Assembly: GCA_047651235.1 (NCBI GenBank)
Contig: CP178758.1
Location: 3,060,001-3,092,000, forward strand
Reading direction: 5' to 3'
Length of the DNA: 32,000 bases
From: Candidatus Electrothrix yaqonensis
GTDB taxonomy: Bacteria; Desulfobacterota; Desulfobulbia; Desulfobulbales; Desulfobulbaceae
How positions within the stretch are numbered: the first letter of the stretch is position 1; every line of letters starts with the position of its first letter. This document shows, one piece after another, positions 8,062 to 16,136 of the stretch. Made by a program: the position numbers and the translations under genes. The notes under the pieces were generated by a model that was not told the DNA's origin, ran no database searches, and worked only from the letters and a program-made list of their open reading frames with translations.

Positions 8062-8250
8062 AAGTATATCCGTCTGATAAGAGTTTCCCGGCAATCCCTT
8101 CCTCACGGTTATTTTTTATTCCTTTATCCATCCGTTACAGAAAAAATACAAAAACAGGCAAAGAACCTTTCAGCTCCGCCGCTTCTACTACCTGCAGCGC
8201 ACGAAGAGCTGAAGCACCAAAGACTTATAAAGGTCTTATTAAGGAGTTAT

Positions 8251-9534
8251 ATGCATTTTAAAGAATTCGGTTTCTGTACTTCCATAGAAAAGTCAATCGA
8301 ACATTCCGGCTACATAAAACCTACACAAATTCAGGAGCAGGCAATACCGCACCTTCTGCAGGGGAATGATTTGTTAGGGCTTGCTCAGACCGGTACCGGG
8401 AAGACGGCAGCCTTTATTTTACCAACCCTTCAAAGGCTTGCTCAGAGTTCAGGGAAAAATATCAGGGCACTGATCCTGACTCCCACCAGAGAACTTGCAG
8501 AACAGGTCCATGAAAACGTCAGACAACTGGGGAAATATACAAACTTAAGGAGCTGTACCGTCTATGGCGGTGTCAGTAAGTTCAGCCAGGTCAAGGCAAT
8601 CAAACGGGGTGTAGATATTGTGGTGGCCTGTCCCGGGCGATTACTTGATCATATCAACAGTAAAGCGATAGACCTGTCCGGCATTGAGATGCTGATTCTG
8701 GATGAAGCCGATCAGATGTGCGACCAAGGATTTCTGCCTGATATCCGAAGGATTCTCAAGCATGTTCCTGAAAAAAGGCAATCTCTGGTCTTCTCAGCTA
8801 CTATGCCGGGAGCGGTTCGGCATTTTGTAGAAAATATCCTGTCGAATCCGGTTACGGTCCAGGTTGATCACCGGAAACCGTCTGCAGCAATCAGTCATGC
8901 ACTTTTTCAGGTTACCCAAAGCCGTAAAACTGCTTTGCTGAAAACACTCCTGCAACGTGAAAATATAGCCACTGCGTTGATCTTTACCCGGACAAAGCAT
9001 AAGGCAAAAAATCTGGCCCGACAGCTCGACCAGGAAGGTTTCAGGGCTACATCACTCCAGGGCAACCTGTCTCAGAATCAGAGAAGGTTGGCTATGGACG
9101 GCTTCAGAAGCGGTAAATTCAATCTTCTGGTTGCAACAGATATAGCAGCAAGGGGAATTGATGTGTCCGGAATTTCACATGTAGTGAACTACGATGTGCC
9201 TGATACGGTAGAAAGCTATACTCACAGGACCGGTCGTACCGGCAGAGCAGAAAAGACCGGCGAGGCTTTTACCTTTGTTACGCCTGAGGATGCCAGACTG
9301 ATCCGAATGGTTGAACAGACCCTCGGTAAAAAAATTCTGCGGCGAACTGTTGAGGGCTTTGAAAACAATACTAACAGTGCCTCATCATCAAAGTCACCAA
9401 GGGCTGACAACGGGAAGAATAACGGCAGGAACAATGCCGGAAAAAGAAACAGTGCTTCCTCATCCGGACGAAGGAGAAAAAACAGTGCCAAACAGCGGGC
9501 AGCATCTTTCGATTTTGGTCTTTCCACCAGATAA
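8251..9534 (+). CDS. rhlE: ATP-dependent DEAD-box RNA helicase (RhlE-like) with a basic C-terminal tail
   Basis: Motifs present: Q-motif PTQIQEQAIP, motif I AQTGTGKTAAF, PTRELA, DEAD (LILDEADQM), SAT (FSATMP) and HRTGRTGRAE. AAGGAG lies 6 nt upstream of the ATG. Confidence 0.92.
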   Translation: MHFKEFGFCTSIEKSIEHSGYIKPTQIQEQAIPHLLQGNDLLGLAQTGTGKTAAFILPTLQRLAQSSGKNIRALILTPTRELAEQVHENVRQLGKYTNLRSCTVYGGVSKFSQVKAIKRGVDIVVACPGRLLDHINSKAIDLSGIEMLILDEADQMCDQGFLPDIRRILKHVPEKRQSLVFSATMPGAVRHFVENILSNPVTVQVDHRKPSAAISHALFQVTQSRKTALLKTLLQRENIATALIFTRTKHKAKNLARQLDQEGFRATSLQGNLSQNQRRLAMDGFRSGKFNLLVATDIAARGIDVSGISHVVNYDVPDTVESYTHRTGRTGRAEKTGEAFTFVTPEDARLIRMVEQTLGKKILRRTVEGFENNTNSASSSKSPRADNGKNNGRNNAGKRNSASSSGRRRKNSAKQRAASFDFGLSTR

Positions 9535-9574
9535 AAATTGAACTGCAGAGCAGTCAGGGACTGTTTTGCATACC

Positions 9575-9603
9575 GGATTTCGGTTGCCGAAATCCTCTTT
9601 TAT
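9575..9603 (+). terminator. Intrinsic-terminator-like hairpin after rhlE
   Basis: GGATTTCGG (9575-9583), TTG loop, CCGAAATCC (9587-9595), followed immediately by TCTTTTAT. It starts 40 nt after the rhlE stop and ends 44 nt before the cspA ATG. Confidence 0.55.
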
Positions 9604-9647
9604 GAAGTGTTTCACCTTGAAACCGTACAACAAAAGGAGCAGTAACA

Positions 9648-9848
9648 ATGGCAGAAGGAACTGTAAAATGGTTTAATGATTCCAAAGGATTCGGATTTGT
9701 CGAACAGGATGGCGGACAGGATGTTTTTGTCCATCATTCGGCGATCCAGGCACAGGGTTTCAAAACCCTGCATGAGGGACAACGGGTAAGCTTTGATGTC
9801 GTTGACGGACCCAAAGGGCCGGCAGCGTCAAATGTTGTTTCTCAATAA
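9648..9848 (+). CDS. cspA: Cold-shock protein (CspA family, 66 aa)
   Basis: [17 protein letters not shown] (RNP1 KGFGFV) and VFVHHS (RNP2). AAGGAG lies upstream of the ATG. Confidence 0.93.
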   Translation: MAEGTVKWFNDSKGFGFVEQDGGQDVFVHHSAIQAQGFKTLHEGQRVSFDVVDGPKGPAASNVVSQ

Positions 9849-10065
9849 ACCTGCCATAGTACGCCACGGAAAAGGGCACAGACAGGAACGTTGCACAGTC
9901 GGCAGAAATCAGGTATAGAGCAGGATCAATAATACATTGGTTTCAAGCTGCAAATGCAGGTTTTTTCCTGGTTGAAAGAGAAGTGAGTTGCAGTTAGAGG
10001 ATCATGGCTCACTTTCTCCTTCAATCAGGAAGAACTGTTCCCGTTACCTTGGCTGAACGGAAGAG

Positions 10066-10245
10066 TAGCTCATCTATCCCAAATCGATCCTGTCCTTTGT
10101 CGGGGTGATGTCTATTCGGCTTCATGCTTCATCGCCTGTTACCTGCTGGTCAGCCTATCAGGCCCGGCGCTTTTAGTTCAACCGGCTGACTGAACATCTG
10201 GACAATCTGAATATAGCTCTTATCATCGGCGTAATTCTCGGCACC
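10066..10245 (+). pseudogene. Decayed duplicate of the 5' end of lgt
   Basis: By hand alignment, 10121-10215 is near-identical to lgt 6930-7017. The shared sequence is TTCATCGCCTG..CTGCTGGTCAGC.TATCAGGCCCGGCG.TTTT.AGTTCAACCGGCTGACTGAACATCTGGACAATCTGAATAT, with a few substitutions and two 1-nt insertions. The flanks are more diverged: the start region ATGCTCACCTATCCCCAGATCGATCC is now TAGCTCATCTATCCCAAATCGATCC, and there is an internal deletion. The frame is broken and no start codon remains. Confidence 0.78.
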
Positions 10246-10407
10246 CGGACAGAGTGAAATGCTCTCCCGAAACCTTTTTCCGGCCGTATTTTGTTCCTCA
10301 CACCCCTCCCTGTATATCTTCGAAAAGGTTGACTTAATTCTGTAATCAGCTCTCAGGCTTTCAAGAGACCTGAATTCATCTAAGAAAGACATAAACACAA
10401 CATCCGG

Positions 10408-11610
10408 ATGACCTCCCCCCACATCATGATCGTTGCCGGAGAGGCCTCCGGTGATATGCACGGTGCCTGTCTGGTCGAGGCCATGCGCTCGATGCAACCT
10501 GATCTTTCTTTTTCCGGGATCGGCGGCAAAGAACTGCGTGCCGCAGGCGTGGATATGCTTTTTGATGCCTCCCGATTGGCAGTGGTGGGCATTACCGAGG
10601 TCATCAGTCATCTCGGCGACATTCTTGCTGCCCGCAGAACCCTGATCCGCCGGATGCAGGAAAAGAAACCGGCCTTGCTCATTCTCATCGATTATCCGGA
10701 TTTCAACCTTCTGCTGGCTGGCAAAGCAAAAAAGATGGGCATCCCGGTCTTCTACTACATCAGTCCGCAGGTCTGGGCCTGGCGCAGCGGCAGGGTAAAA
10801 AAGATCGGCAGATTGACCGACCGGGTGGGCGTGATTCTGCCCTTTGAAAAAAAATTTTATGCCGACAGGGGCGTTCGGGTGGATTTTGTCGGCCATCCCC
10901 TGAAAGACACAGTGAGTAGAAAGCATGTCCGGTCCAGGGAAGAAGTGCTCCGCGCGCATAACCTGCAGGTCAGGCCGGAAACGCGGATCATAGGTCTGCT
11001 GCCCGGCAGCCGGTCAAAGGAAATTCGTTCCCTGCTGCCTGATTTTCTTGCTGCTGCCCGGCTGCTGGCCGAGGAAAAGGACAAAAAAGACTGGAAAGAC
11101 TTCCTCTTTCTGCTGCCGCAGGCCTCCACTGTTTCCCGGCAGCTCCTCAAGGACTGCGGCCTGTCAGCACATCAGGGTACAGTCAATCTCCATGTCCTGA
11201 ACAACGAAAACCGCTACGACCTGATGGCTGCCTGCGATGCCGCAGTTGCCGCCTCCGGCACTGTAACTCTGGAGCTGGCCATCCTCGGTGTGCCGACCGT
11301 GACCGCCTACCGGCTTTCTGCCCGGACGTACCGGCTGGCCCGCCTGCTTGTCCGCCATATTCGTTATTTTTCCCTGGTCAATCTGATCGCCAACCGGGAA
11401 GTCATTCCGGAACTGCTGCAGGATGGGGTGACCCCGGAAGCCATTGCCGGGCACCTGCGGGCCATGCTGGATGATGCCGCCCATCGTGGAAATATGCTCC
11501 ACGGCCTTGCACAAGTAACTGAAAAACTTGGTCCTCCGGGCTGCGCCCAGCGGGCGGCCGAACTCGCCTTTACCTGCATGAACGCCGGACAGCCTGCCTC
11601 TGCCGGATAA
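10408..11610 (+). CDS. lpxB: Lipid-A-disaccharide synthase
   Basis: N-terminal IMIVAGEASGDMHGA is the LpxB hallmark. Also YISPQVWAWR and SGTVTLELAILGVP, and a typical length of 400 aa. Confidence 0.9.
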   Translation: MTSPHIMIVAGEASGDMHGACLVEAMRSMQPDLSFSGIGGKELRAAGVDMLFDASRLAVVGITEVISHLGDILAARRTLIRRMQEKKPALLILIDYPDFNLLLAGKAKKMGIPVFYYISPQVWAWRSGRVKKIGRLTDRVGVILPFEKKFYADRGVRVDFVGHPLKDTVSRKHVRSREEVLRAHNLQVRPETRIIGLLPGSRSKEIRSLLPDFLAAARLLAEEKDKKDWKDFLFLLPQASTVSRQLLKDCGLSAHQGTVNLHVLNNENRYDLMAACDAAVAASGTVTLELAILGVPTVTAYRLSARTYRLARLLVRHIRYFSLVNLIANREVIPELLQDGVTPEAIAGHLRAMLDDAAHRGNMLHGLAQVTEKLGPPGCAQRAAELAFTCMNAGQPASAG

Positions 11611-11701
11611 CAGCTGAACACCGGCAACCCGCATAAATTACCAAAGAAAAAATTCACCTTCCTTCTCTGTTGTTGTATCCTATAAAGAGAGAGCCGATAA
11701 A

Positions 11702-11721
11702 TTTCCGTCTCCGGACGGAAA
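11702..11721 (+). terminator. Hairpin downstream of lpxB (weak terminator candidate)
   Basis: TTTCCGTC (11702-11709), loop TCCG, GACGGAAA (11714-11721), about 90 nt after the lpxB stop. The downstream tract is only moderately T-rich (CATTCAGTTTATTATC). Confidence 0.3.
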
Positions 11722-11900
11722 CATTCAGTTTATTATCTGGCTCTATTATCGTCTTTTTCAGTCATGCACATGGACTTTTACACAATATCCGCATACACTG
11801 TGTCCGATATCCGCAGAAAAATACAGATTAAACCAGATTAAATACCAGCAGAATTCCGCCTTTGTTTCATAAAGAATAAGGCGGCTTCCCGTAAAAAAAT

Positions 11901-13517
11901 ATGCGCATAATCAGAAAAAAAACATCCTCTGTTCAGGCAACGATGAAAACGGCACGGGAGCCGTGGAAAGTCCTGGTTGTTGATGACGATGAGGGCGTCC
12001 AGACCCTCACCCAGCTGATTCTCAAACGTATGACCTTTTCCGGTCGCAGCCTGCAGCTTCTTTCTGCCTTTTCGGCAAAAGAGGCCAGGGAAATACTGCA
12101 GCACGAAAAGGATATCGCTGTAGCCCTGATTGATGTGGTGATGGAAAGCGAACACGCCGGGCTGGAACTGGTGGAATACATCCGTGAAGAACTGCGCAAT
12201 CAGTATATCCGGCTCATTATCCGCACCGGTCAGTCCGGCTCAGCCCCGGAGCGGGAAGTCATTGATCACTACGATATTGACGACTACAAGGATAAAACCG
12301 ATCTGACTGCTCAGAAACTCTACACCACCATGCGGACAGCGCTCAAGGCATATCGGGACATCATGACCATTGAGCGCAACCGCCGGGGACTGGAACGCAT
12401 TCTTTCCGCCACGCCGGGTCTGTACCTTCCTAATTTCGCCTCCATTGACGAGTTCTTCCGGGGCGTACTTATGCAGATCACCAGTCTCTGCAAACTCGAA
12501 AAAAATGGTCTGCTCTGCACGATCAACGGCTTTATTTCCACCTTTGACAACAAAGACGCCCGGATCCGTGCCAGTACAGATGATTTTCAATGTCAGCACA
12601 GATGTCAGCACGGCGAAGAAGAGAAACTTCCGCAGACCGCACCTGATGATACGATCCGGATCTGTTCCCGGATCGTGCTGGAAGGCCGGGAACCCGGGCC
12701 GGGGGAACTGCCCGAAGAAGCACTGCTCCTGCCGCTCGGCAGCCCCGGAAACCAGCCTATGGGGTTTGTCTACCTGGAAAACACCCGGCCTCTCACGGAT
12801 AATGACCGGCATCTGATCCAGATCCTAGTCAACCAGTCCACCTCAGCCCTGGAAAACCTGAAACTGCATTTTGATCTGAAAGAAGCCAACCGTGAGTCGC
12901 TCTATATGCTTGCAGTGGCTGCTGAATTTAAAGATCAGGAGACTGGTGAGCACATCCGGCGCATGGTCCATTATACCCGCCTGCTCGCCTTGGAACTGGG
13001 CTTCTCCGAAGAAGAAGCTACAGAAATGGGCCAGGCAAGTATGCTGCATGATATCGGCAAATTGGGCGTTCCTGACGCCATTCTCCAGAAACAGGGGCGG
13101 CTTACCGAGGAGGAATTTGATATTATCCGGCACCATACCGCTACCGGCGCCCGCATTCTCGGGCGGCACCACTGGTTTCAGCTGGCCAAGGAGATCGCGC
13201 TCAATCACCATGAACACTGGGACGGCTGCGGTTATCCCCGGGGCCTGAAAGGCGAGGAAATTCCGCTGGCAGCCCGTATCGTTTCCGTGGTGGATGTATT
13301 TGACGCCCTTTCCCATCAGCGTCCGTATAAAAAAGCCTGGCCGATTGAGGACTGTATTGCCGCTTTGAAAAAAGATTCCGGTACACAATTTGATCCCCGT
13401 GTGGTGGATGCCTTTCTCCGCCTGCTGGAGCGGGAAGGAAAAATAATCGATTCAGCTGATTCGATTGATTCTGCAGCACCCGAAATATCTGATATTCCGG
13501 CCCCTGACAGAGAATAA
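11901..13517 (+). CDS. Response regulator with receiver, central (GAF/DUF-like) and HD-GYP domains (putative c-di-GMP phosphodiesterase)
   Basis: REC-like N-terminus (KVLVVDDDEG ... DVVMES). The HD-GYP catalytic region is HDIGKLGVPD and HHEHWDGCGYPRGL, then VDVFDALSHQRPYK. The start could also be ATG 11943. Confidence 0.85.
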   Translation: MRIIRKKTSSVQATMKTAREPWKVLVVDDDEGVQTLTQLILKRMTFSGRSLQLLSAFSAKEAREILQHEKDIAVALIDVVMESEHAGLELVEYIREELRNQYIRLIIRTGQSGSAPEREVIDHYDIDDYKDKTDLTAQKLYTTMRTALKAYRDIMTIERNRRGLERILSATPGLYLPNFASIDEFFRGVLMQITSLCKLEKNGLLCTINGFISTFDNKDARIRASTDDFQCQHRCQHGEEEKLPQTAPDDTIRICSRIVLEGREPGPGELPEEALLLPLGSPGNQPMGFVYLENTRPLTDNDRHLIQILVNQSTSALENLKLHFDLKEANRESLYMLAVAAEFKDQETGEHIRRMVHYTRLLALELGFSEEEATEMGQASMLHDIGKLGVPDAILQKQGRLTEEEFDIIRHHTATGARILGRHHWFQLAKEIALNHHEHWDGCGYPRGLKGEEIPLAARIVSVVDVFDALSHQRPYKKAWPIEDCIAALKKDSGTQFDPRVVDAFLRLLEREGKIIDSADSIDSAAPEISDIPAPDRE

Positions 13518-13519
13518 TC

Positions 13520-15541
13520 ATGGGCAGCCCCCCTCTGACCATGCTCCGGGATCATTCTGCGCCCCTTCTGCTGGTTTCTTTCCGGAGGATTTTCGCGATG
13601 CTCCTTCTCAGCAGCGTCCTGATCCTCCTGAATCTGTATAGCTACCTGCTGTTCCACACGCTGATCGAGCTGTTTTCGGTCAGCGTAGCCATTATGATGT
13701 TCGTGGTAGTCTGGCACACCTACGGTTTTTCCGGCAACCGTTTTCTCATGTACTTGGGCTGCGGCTACTTCTGGATTGCTCTGCTGGACCTGCTCCACAT
13801 CCTGACGTATAAAGGGATGACCGTATTTCCCGCTGTCACCGGCGCGAACACCGCCACCCAGTTCTGGCTCGCTGCCCGCTCCATGGAGGCCTTTGTCCTG
13901 TTCAGCTCCTCCCTGTTCCTTACCCATCCTCTGAAACCGACCTGTGCAATGCCCGGACTGGCGGGATTTACGGCAACAGCTCTTCTCAGCATCCTGTTCG
14001 GCTGTTTTCCTGACGCCTATCTGGAGGGCAGTGGCCTGACGCCCTTTAAGGTGTACAGTGAGTATCTCATCATTTTTTTTATCATCCTGTCCGGTGTATT
14101 TATGCATTTCCAGAGGGCATTGCTGCCGCCCCGGCTCTACCGGATGATACTGGCCGCAATTGCGCTGACCGTGTGTGCCGAACTGGCTTTTACCTTGTAT
14201 ATAAGCATATACGATTTTTCCGTCCTGATCGGTCATCTGTGCAAACTATTTTCGTTCTGGCTGCTTTACGAGGCAATCATCTACACAACTCTGCGTAAAC
14301 CCTTTGCCGTGATGGCGCGGAATTCAAGCACCTACAATGCAGTGCCTCTGTCCACTATCCTGCTGGACAGGAACGGCATCCTGCGTCAAGTCAACAAAGC
14401 TGCCTGCCGGGAAAGCGGTCTGCCTGAAGCAGACCTGCTGGGGAGCCGGTGTCATCCCCTGTTTCACCCTGCTGCTCTACGCGAAGATGAATGCCCGTTA
14501 TGCCGGGCCGTGCAGACCGGTGAAGAGGTACAGCCTGTTGAACTGGAAATTGACCGGGATCGGGGCTGGCGGGAATTTACCCTGAGTCCGGTCGGTACAT
14601 CCGACCGGGTTACCGGCATGGTGCAGGTGAGCACGAATATTACCCGGCGCAAACAGGCGGAAGAAGAGCTGCAGGTGACTCTGCACAGTCTGGAGGAAAC
14701 TGTAGCCCGCCGGACCCGGGATCTCCACAGCAAGGTAGAGGCGCTGGAACAGAGCCTTGAGCACCTGGTGGCCAGTGAAAAAATGGCCTCTTTGGGACGG
14801 CTGGTAGCCGGCTTTGCCCATGAGATCAACACACCGCTCGGCACAGCAGTGGGCGGTGCTTCGCAACTGCAGGATACAGCTGATGAAATCAGCAGAATGC
14901 TGTTATCCGAGGAGGTGGAGGAGGAACAGATCGAGGACGCAGTCAGTGCGCTCACGGACGCCTCCCGTCTGACCCTGGACAATCTTCACCGGGCCGCCGA
15001 ACTGGTGCAGCGCTTCAGACGGGCTTCCATAGATCAGGCTTCCGATGAAATGCAGTACTTTCAGGCAAGTGAGTTGATCTGGGATGTTCTCTCCGGCCTC
15101 CGCAGCCGGTTAAAGGAAACCCGCATCAGGGTAACGGTTGACTGCCCGGATACCCTGCATATTATCAGTATACCGGGCATTATCGAGCAGGTATTGCTCA
15201 ATCTGGTCCAGAACAGCCTGTTCCACGGTTTTGATAACGGTGCAGAAGAAGGCGAGATCCGTATCACCTGTCGGGGAATGAAGCGGTCTTTTCATCTGGA
15301 GTATGAGGACACCGGCAGGGGGATGAGCAAAGATGTCCTGGAACGCCTTTTTGAGCCGTTTTTTACCACAAAACGGGGCAGCGGCGGCAGCGGCCTGGGC
15401 ATGTACACCTGCTACAACCTTGTTCTCCGCCAGCACGGCATGCTGGTCTGTGAAAGCGAACCGGGGAAAGGCGTATGGTTTTCCATGGATTTACCCACCG
15501 GCTCCCTGACCGACCTTGATCGGACGCCTGTCCGGGGATAA
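13520..15541 (+). CDS. Sensor histidine kinase: multi-TM (MASE3-like) N-terminal module, PAS, HisKA, HATPase
   Basis: About 250 aa of repeated hydrophobic helices (LFHTLIELFSVSVAIMMFVVVW ...). PAS-like region (ILLDRNGILRQVNKAACRESG). H-box FAHEINTPLG, N-box LLNLVQNSLFHGF, G1 EDTGRGM and G2 GSGGSGLGMY. The ATG lies 2 nt after the regulator's stop codon. The MASE3 label is from memory of that family and is not verified. Confidence 0.85.
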   Translation: MGSPPLTMLRDHSAPLLLVSFRRIFAMLLLSSVLILLNLYSYLLFHTLIELFSVSVAIMMFVVVWHTYGFSGNRFLMYLGCGYFWIALLDLLHILTYKGMTVFPAVTGANTATQFWLAARSMEAFVLFSSSLFLTHPLKPTCAMPGLAGFTATALLSILFGCFPDAYLEGSGLTPFKVYSEYLIIFFIILSGVFMHFQRALLPPRLYRMILAAIALTVCAELAFTLYISIYDFSVLIGHLCKLFSFWLLYEAIIYTTLRKPFAVMARNSSTYNAVPLSTILLDRNGILRQVNKAACRESGLPEADLLGSRCHPLFHPAALREDECPLCRAVQTGEEVQPVELEIDRDRGWREFTLSPVGTSDRVTGMVQVSTNITRRKQAEEELQVTLHSLEETVARRTRDLHSKVEALEQSLEHLVASEKMASLGRLVAGFAHEINTPLGTAVGGASQLQDTADEISRMLLSEEVEEEQIEDAVSALTDASRLTLDNLHRAAELVQRFRRASIDQASDEMQYFQASELIWDVLSGLRSRLKETRIRVTVDCPDTLHIISIPGIIEQVLLNLVQNSLFHGFDNGAEEGEIRITCRGMKRSFHLEYEDTGRGMSKDVLERLFEPFFTTKRGSGGSGLGMYTCYNLVLRQHGMLVCESEPGKGVWFSMDLPTGSLTDLDRTPVRG

Positions 15542-15632
15542 CAGGGATGATTCAGACGATGGCATCCTGATGCCGGACAATATTTCCTTTAATCAGGTAC
15601 ATAACATGGAAACCAGCTGGTTCCGGTATCAG

Positions 15633-16058
15633 TCAGATAAATTTTCTTTCTTCCACAAACCAGTTGACTCGCTCCCTGATCTCACGGATTTTTTCCATCT
15701 GTTCCGCATGGCTTCCGGATAACCGGGAAGGATCATCAAAGGCCCAGTGGAACCGCTCGGCAGCTCCCGGAAAAACAGGGCAGCGTTCCCCGGCCGCATC
15801 GTCGCAGACTGTGATGACCACATCGAACTGTGTTCCCTGCCGGAGCAGATCAAACACCTCGGTCGTCGTATGTCCTGCCATATCAATCCCAAGCTCGTTC
15901 ATGGCTTCAACAGCCAGAGGATGCAGCTCACCGGCTTCCAGGCCTGCGCTGCAAACGGTAAACCGGTCGCCGCTCAGTCGGTTCAGAAAGGCTTCCGCCA
16001 TCTGGCTGCGGGCGGAATTATGGACACAGACAAAGAGGACGGAACGTTTTTTCGGCAT
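15633..16058 (-). CDS. arsC: Arsenate reductase, thioredoxin-coupled ArsC / low-molecular-weight phosphatase fold
   Basis: P-loop CVHNSARS (CX5R-S). Two downstream Cys in VITVCDDAAGERCPVFP align with Cys82/Cys89 of the staphylococcal pI258 ArsC pattern (TLCSDADNNCP). HWAFDDP matches HWGFDDP. Confidence 0.75.
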   Translation of the reverse strand: MPKKRSVLFVCVHNSARSQMAEAFLNRLSGDRFTVCSAGLEAGELHPLAVEAMNELGIDMAGHTTTEVFDLLRQGTQFDVVITVCDDAAGERCPVFPGAAERFHWAFDDPSRLSGSHAEQMEKIREIRERVNWFVEERKFI

Positions 16059-16095
16059 GTTTGCCTTCTGTTCTCAACGGTTGATATCTTTCCGG

Positions 16096-16123
16096 ATTTA
16101 TATATTTTTATAACGATTTACAA
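16096..16123 (-). promoter_or_regulatory. Possible sigma70-type promoter for arsC in the pstB-arsC spacer
   Basis: On the minus strand, TTGTAA (16123-16118), a 16-nt spacer, then ATAAAT (16101-16096), about 38 nt upstream of the arsC ATG. The spacer is very AT-rich, so chance matches are likely. Confidence 0.25.
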
Positions 16124-16136
16124 AAAAAAATAAAAA

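Noticed and set aside
8062-8250. The reading frame of rhlE stays open for 63 codons upstream of its ATG and is in frame with the RRM relic, which hints at an RRM-helicase fusion or N-terminal extension
   Set aside because: That stretch has no ATG, GTG or TTG. A strong AAGGAG sits just before ATG 8251, and the protein from 8251 aligns with the normal RhlE N-terminus. A second frame is also stop-free here, so the openness reflects local sequence (a decaying gene) and not an extension.
13316-14236. 306-aa minus-strand ORF. Similar long antisense ORFs occur at 3497-4345, 10150-10959, 25857-26558 and 6808-7470.
   Set aside because: Each is fully nested opposite a confidently identified gene (histidine kinase, kinase/FKBP, lpxB, murG, lgt) and encodes Arg/Gly/Pro-rich nonsense. 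Their number is notable but is explained by third-position GC bias.
15611-15622. 12-bp perfect palindrome AACCAGCTGGTT (and GGCATC-CT-GATGCC at about 15560) between the convergent kinase and arsC genes
   Set aside because: I considered it as a bidirectional terminator. It has no loop and no flanking T-tracts on either strand, so I do not call it.
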